Assembly (NCBI GenBank): GCA_963833985.1
Contig: CAWIAD010000002.1
Span: 4,512,001-4,576,000, forward strand
Length of the DNA stretch: 64,000 nt
Direction of reading: 5' to 3'
From: an uncultured Planctomycetaceae bacterium
GTDB taxonomy: Bacteria > Planctomycetota > Planctomycetia > Isosphaerales > Isosphaeraceae
How positions within the stretch are numbered: position 1 is the first letter of the stretch; every line of letters starts with the position of its first letter. The notes below the pieces were generated by a model, which was not told the DNA's origin, ran no database searches, and saw only the letters and a program-made list of their open reading frames with translations. Positions 63,261-64,000 of this stretch are shown here, in pieces. The translations under genes were made by a program, and so were the position numbers.

Positions 63261-64000
63261 TCACTCTCGTTCCGCGCGCTCGAGCAGTCCGGCGGCGGCC
63301 GGTTCGTCGAGGATCCAGGTGACCGCGGGCGCGCTGGCCTGGAGTAGCGACGCCGGCACCTCGGCCGTCATGGGTCCGCCGATGGCACGCGCCACCACGT
63401 CCGCCTTGTGTCCGCCCGTGGCGAGCATGACGATGGAGCGGGCGGCGAGGATGGGGGCCACTCCCATGGTGAGCGCACGGGGGATCACGCGTTCCAGTCC
63501 ACCGAAGTCGTGCGCAGCGTCGGCCCGGGTGACAGAGTGCAGCTCGGTGAGCCGGCTGGGCAAGGCGAGCGCCTCACCGAGCGGCCGCGTGCAGGGCTCG
63601 TTGAAGCCGATGTGGCCGTTGCGGCCAATGCCCAGGAGCTGAAGATCGATCCCGCCGTCGGCGGCGATCCAGCGGTCGAACACCGCGCAATGTTCGGCAA
63701 CGAACGCCTCGGGGATGGTGCCGTCGAGCATGTGGGCGCTGTTGGCCGGCAAGTCCACGTGGCTGAACAGGTGCTGATGCATGTAGTAGCGGTAGCTCTT
63801 GGGATCGAGCGGGCCGATCGGGTAGAACTCGTCCAGATTGTAGGTGACGATGTCGCGGAACGAGAGTTCTCCGGCGGCATGGAGCGAGACCAGTTGCGAG
63901 TACACCTTGCGCGGCGTGGCTCCGGTCGCCAGGCCCAGCACGGCCCGGCCGCGGGCGGCGACGGCGGATTGAACCGCCTGCTGGATCCGCGCCGCGGCTT
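63261..64000 (-). CDS. nagB: glucosamine-6-phosphate deaminase (5' end beyond the window)
   Basis: LGLATGATP, TYNLDEFY, GGIDLQLLGIGRNGHIGFNEP, ALTMG, PASLLQ. Confidence 0.93.
   Translation of the reverse strand, partial: AAARIQQAVQSAVAARGRAVLGLATGATPRKVYSQLVSLHAAGELSFRDIVTYNLDEFYPIGPLDPKSYRYYMHQHLFSHVDLPANSAHMLDGTIPEAFVAEHCAVFDRWIAADGGIDLQLLGIGRNGHIGFNEPCTRPLGEALALPSRLTELHSVTRADAAHDFGGLERVIPRALTMGVAPILAARSIVMLATGGHKADVVARAIGGPMTAEVPASLLQASAPAVTWILDEPAAAGLLERAERE

Overview
GC-rich bacterial chromosome segment, almost certainly Planctomycetota (Isosphaeraceae-like). The evidence is two DUF1559 prepilin-type genes, an 'RRLxFESLEERxxL' planctomycete export signal, and ECF sigma/Ser-Thr kinase pairs. 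About 45 genes are supported. Recognisable ones include rtcB, a uvrA paralog, queC, rpmA-obgE-coaX, leuA, a DacZ-type diadenylate cyclase, a MIOX-family gene, nagB, three ECF sigma modules, two Hanks kinases and a ~2,900-aa surface protein. More than a dozen genes, including leuA, are split by 1-2 nt indels, often in short homopolymers. I read these as long-read assembly errors and reconstructed the genes by eye. No rRNA, tRNA, CRISPR array or transposase was seen. The best candidate for an undescribed system is a co-directional minus-strand cluster at 44.2-52.1 kb. In order it holds a hidden secreted Cys/'IFHPPR' leader ORF, a structured spacer, DUF1559, a lipoprotein, an EF-hand/deiodinase-like protein, an IxxNQxx-repeat coiled coil, TauE and an anion-type ABC transporter. 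Other candidates are a HEPN gene paired with a BolA-like or degenerate-MNT gene, a DUF1573/DUF1559/Cys-rich-peptide island, and a hydrophobic cassette inside the giant transglutaminase-like protein. Regulatory finds are a Leu-leader attenuator before leuA and a self-symmetric bidirectional ECF42 promoter. All family calls come from motif recognition by eye; no database searches were run.
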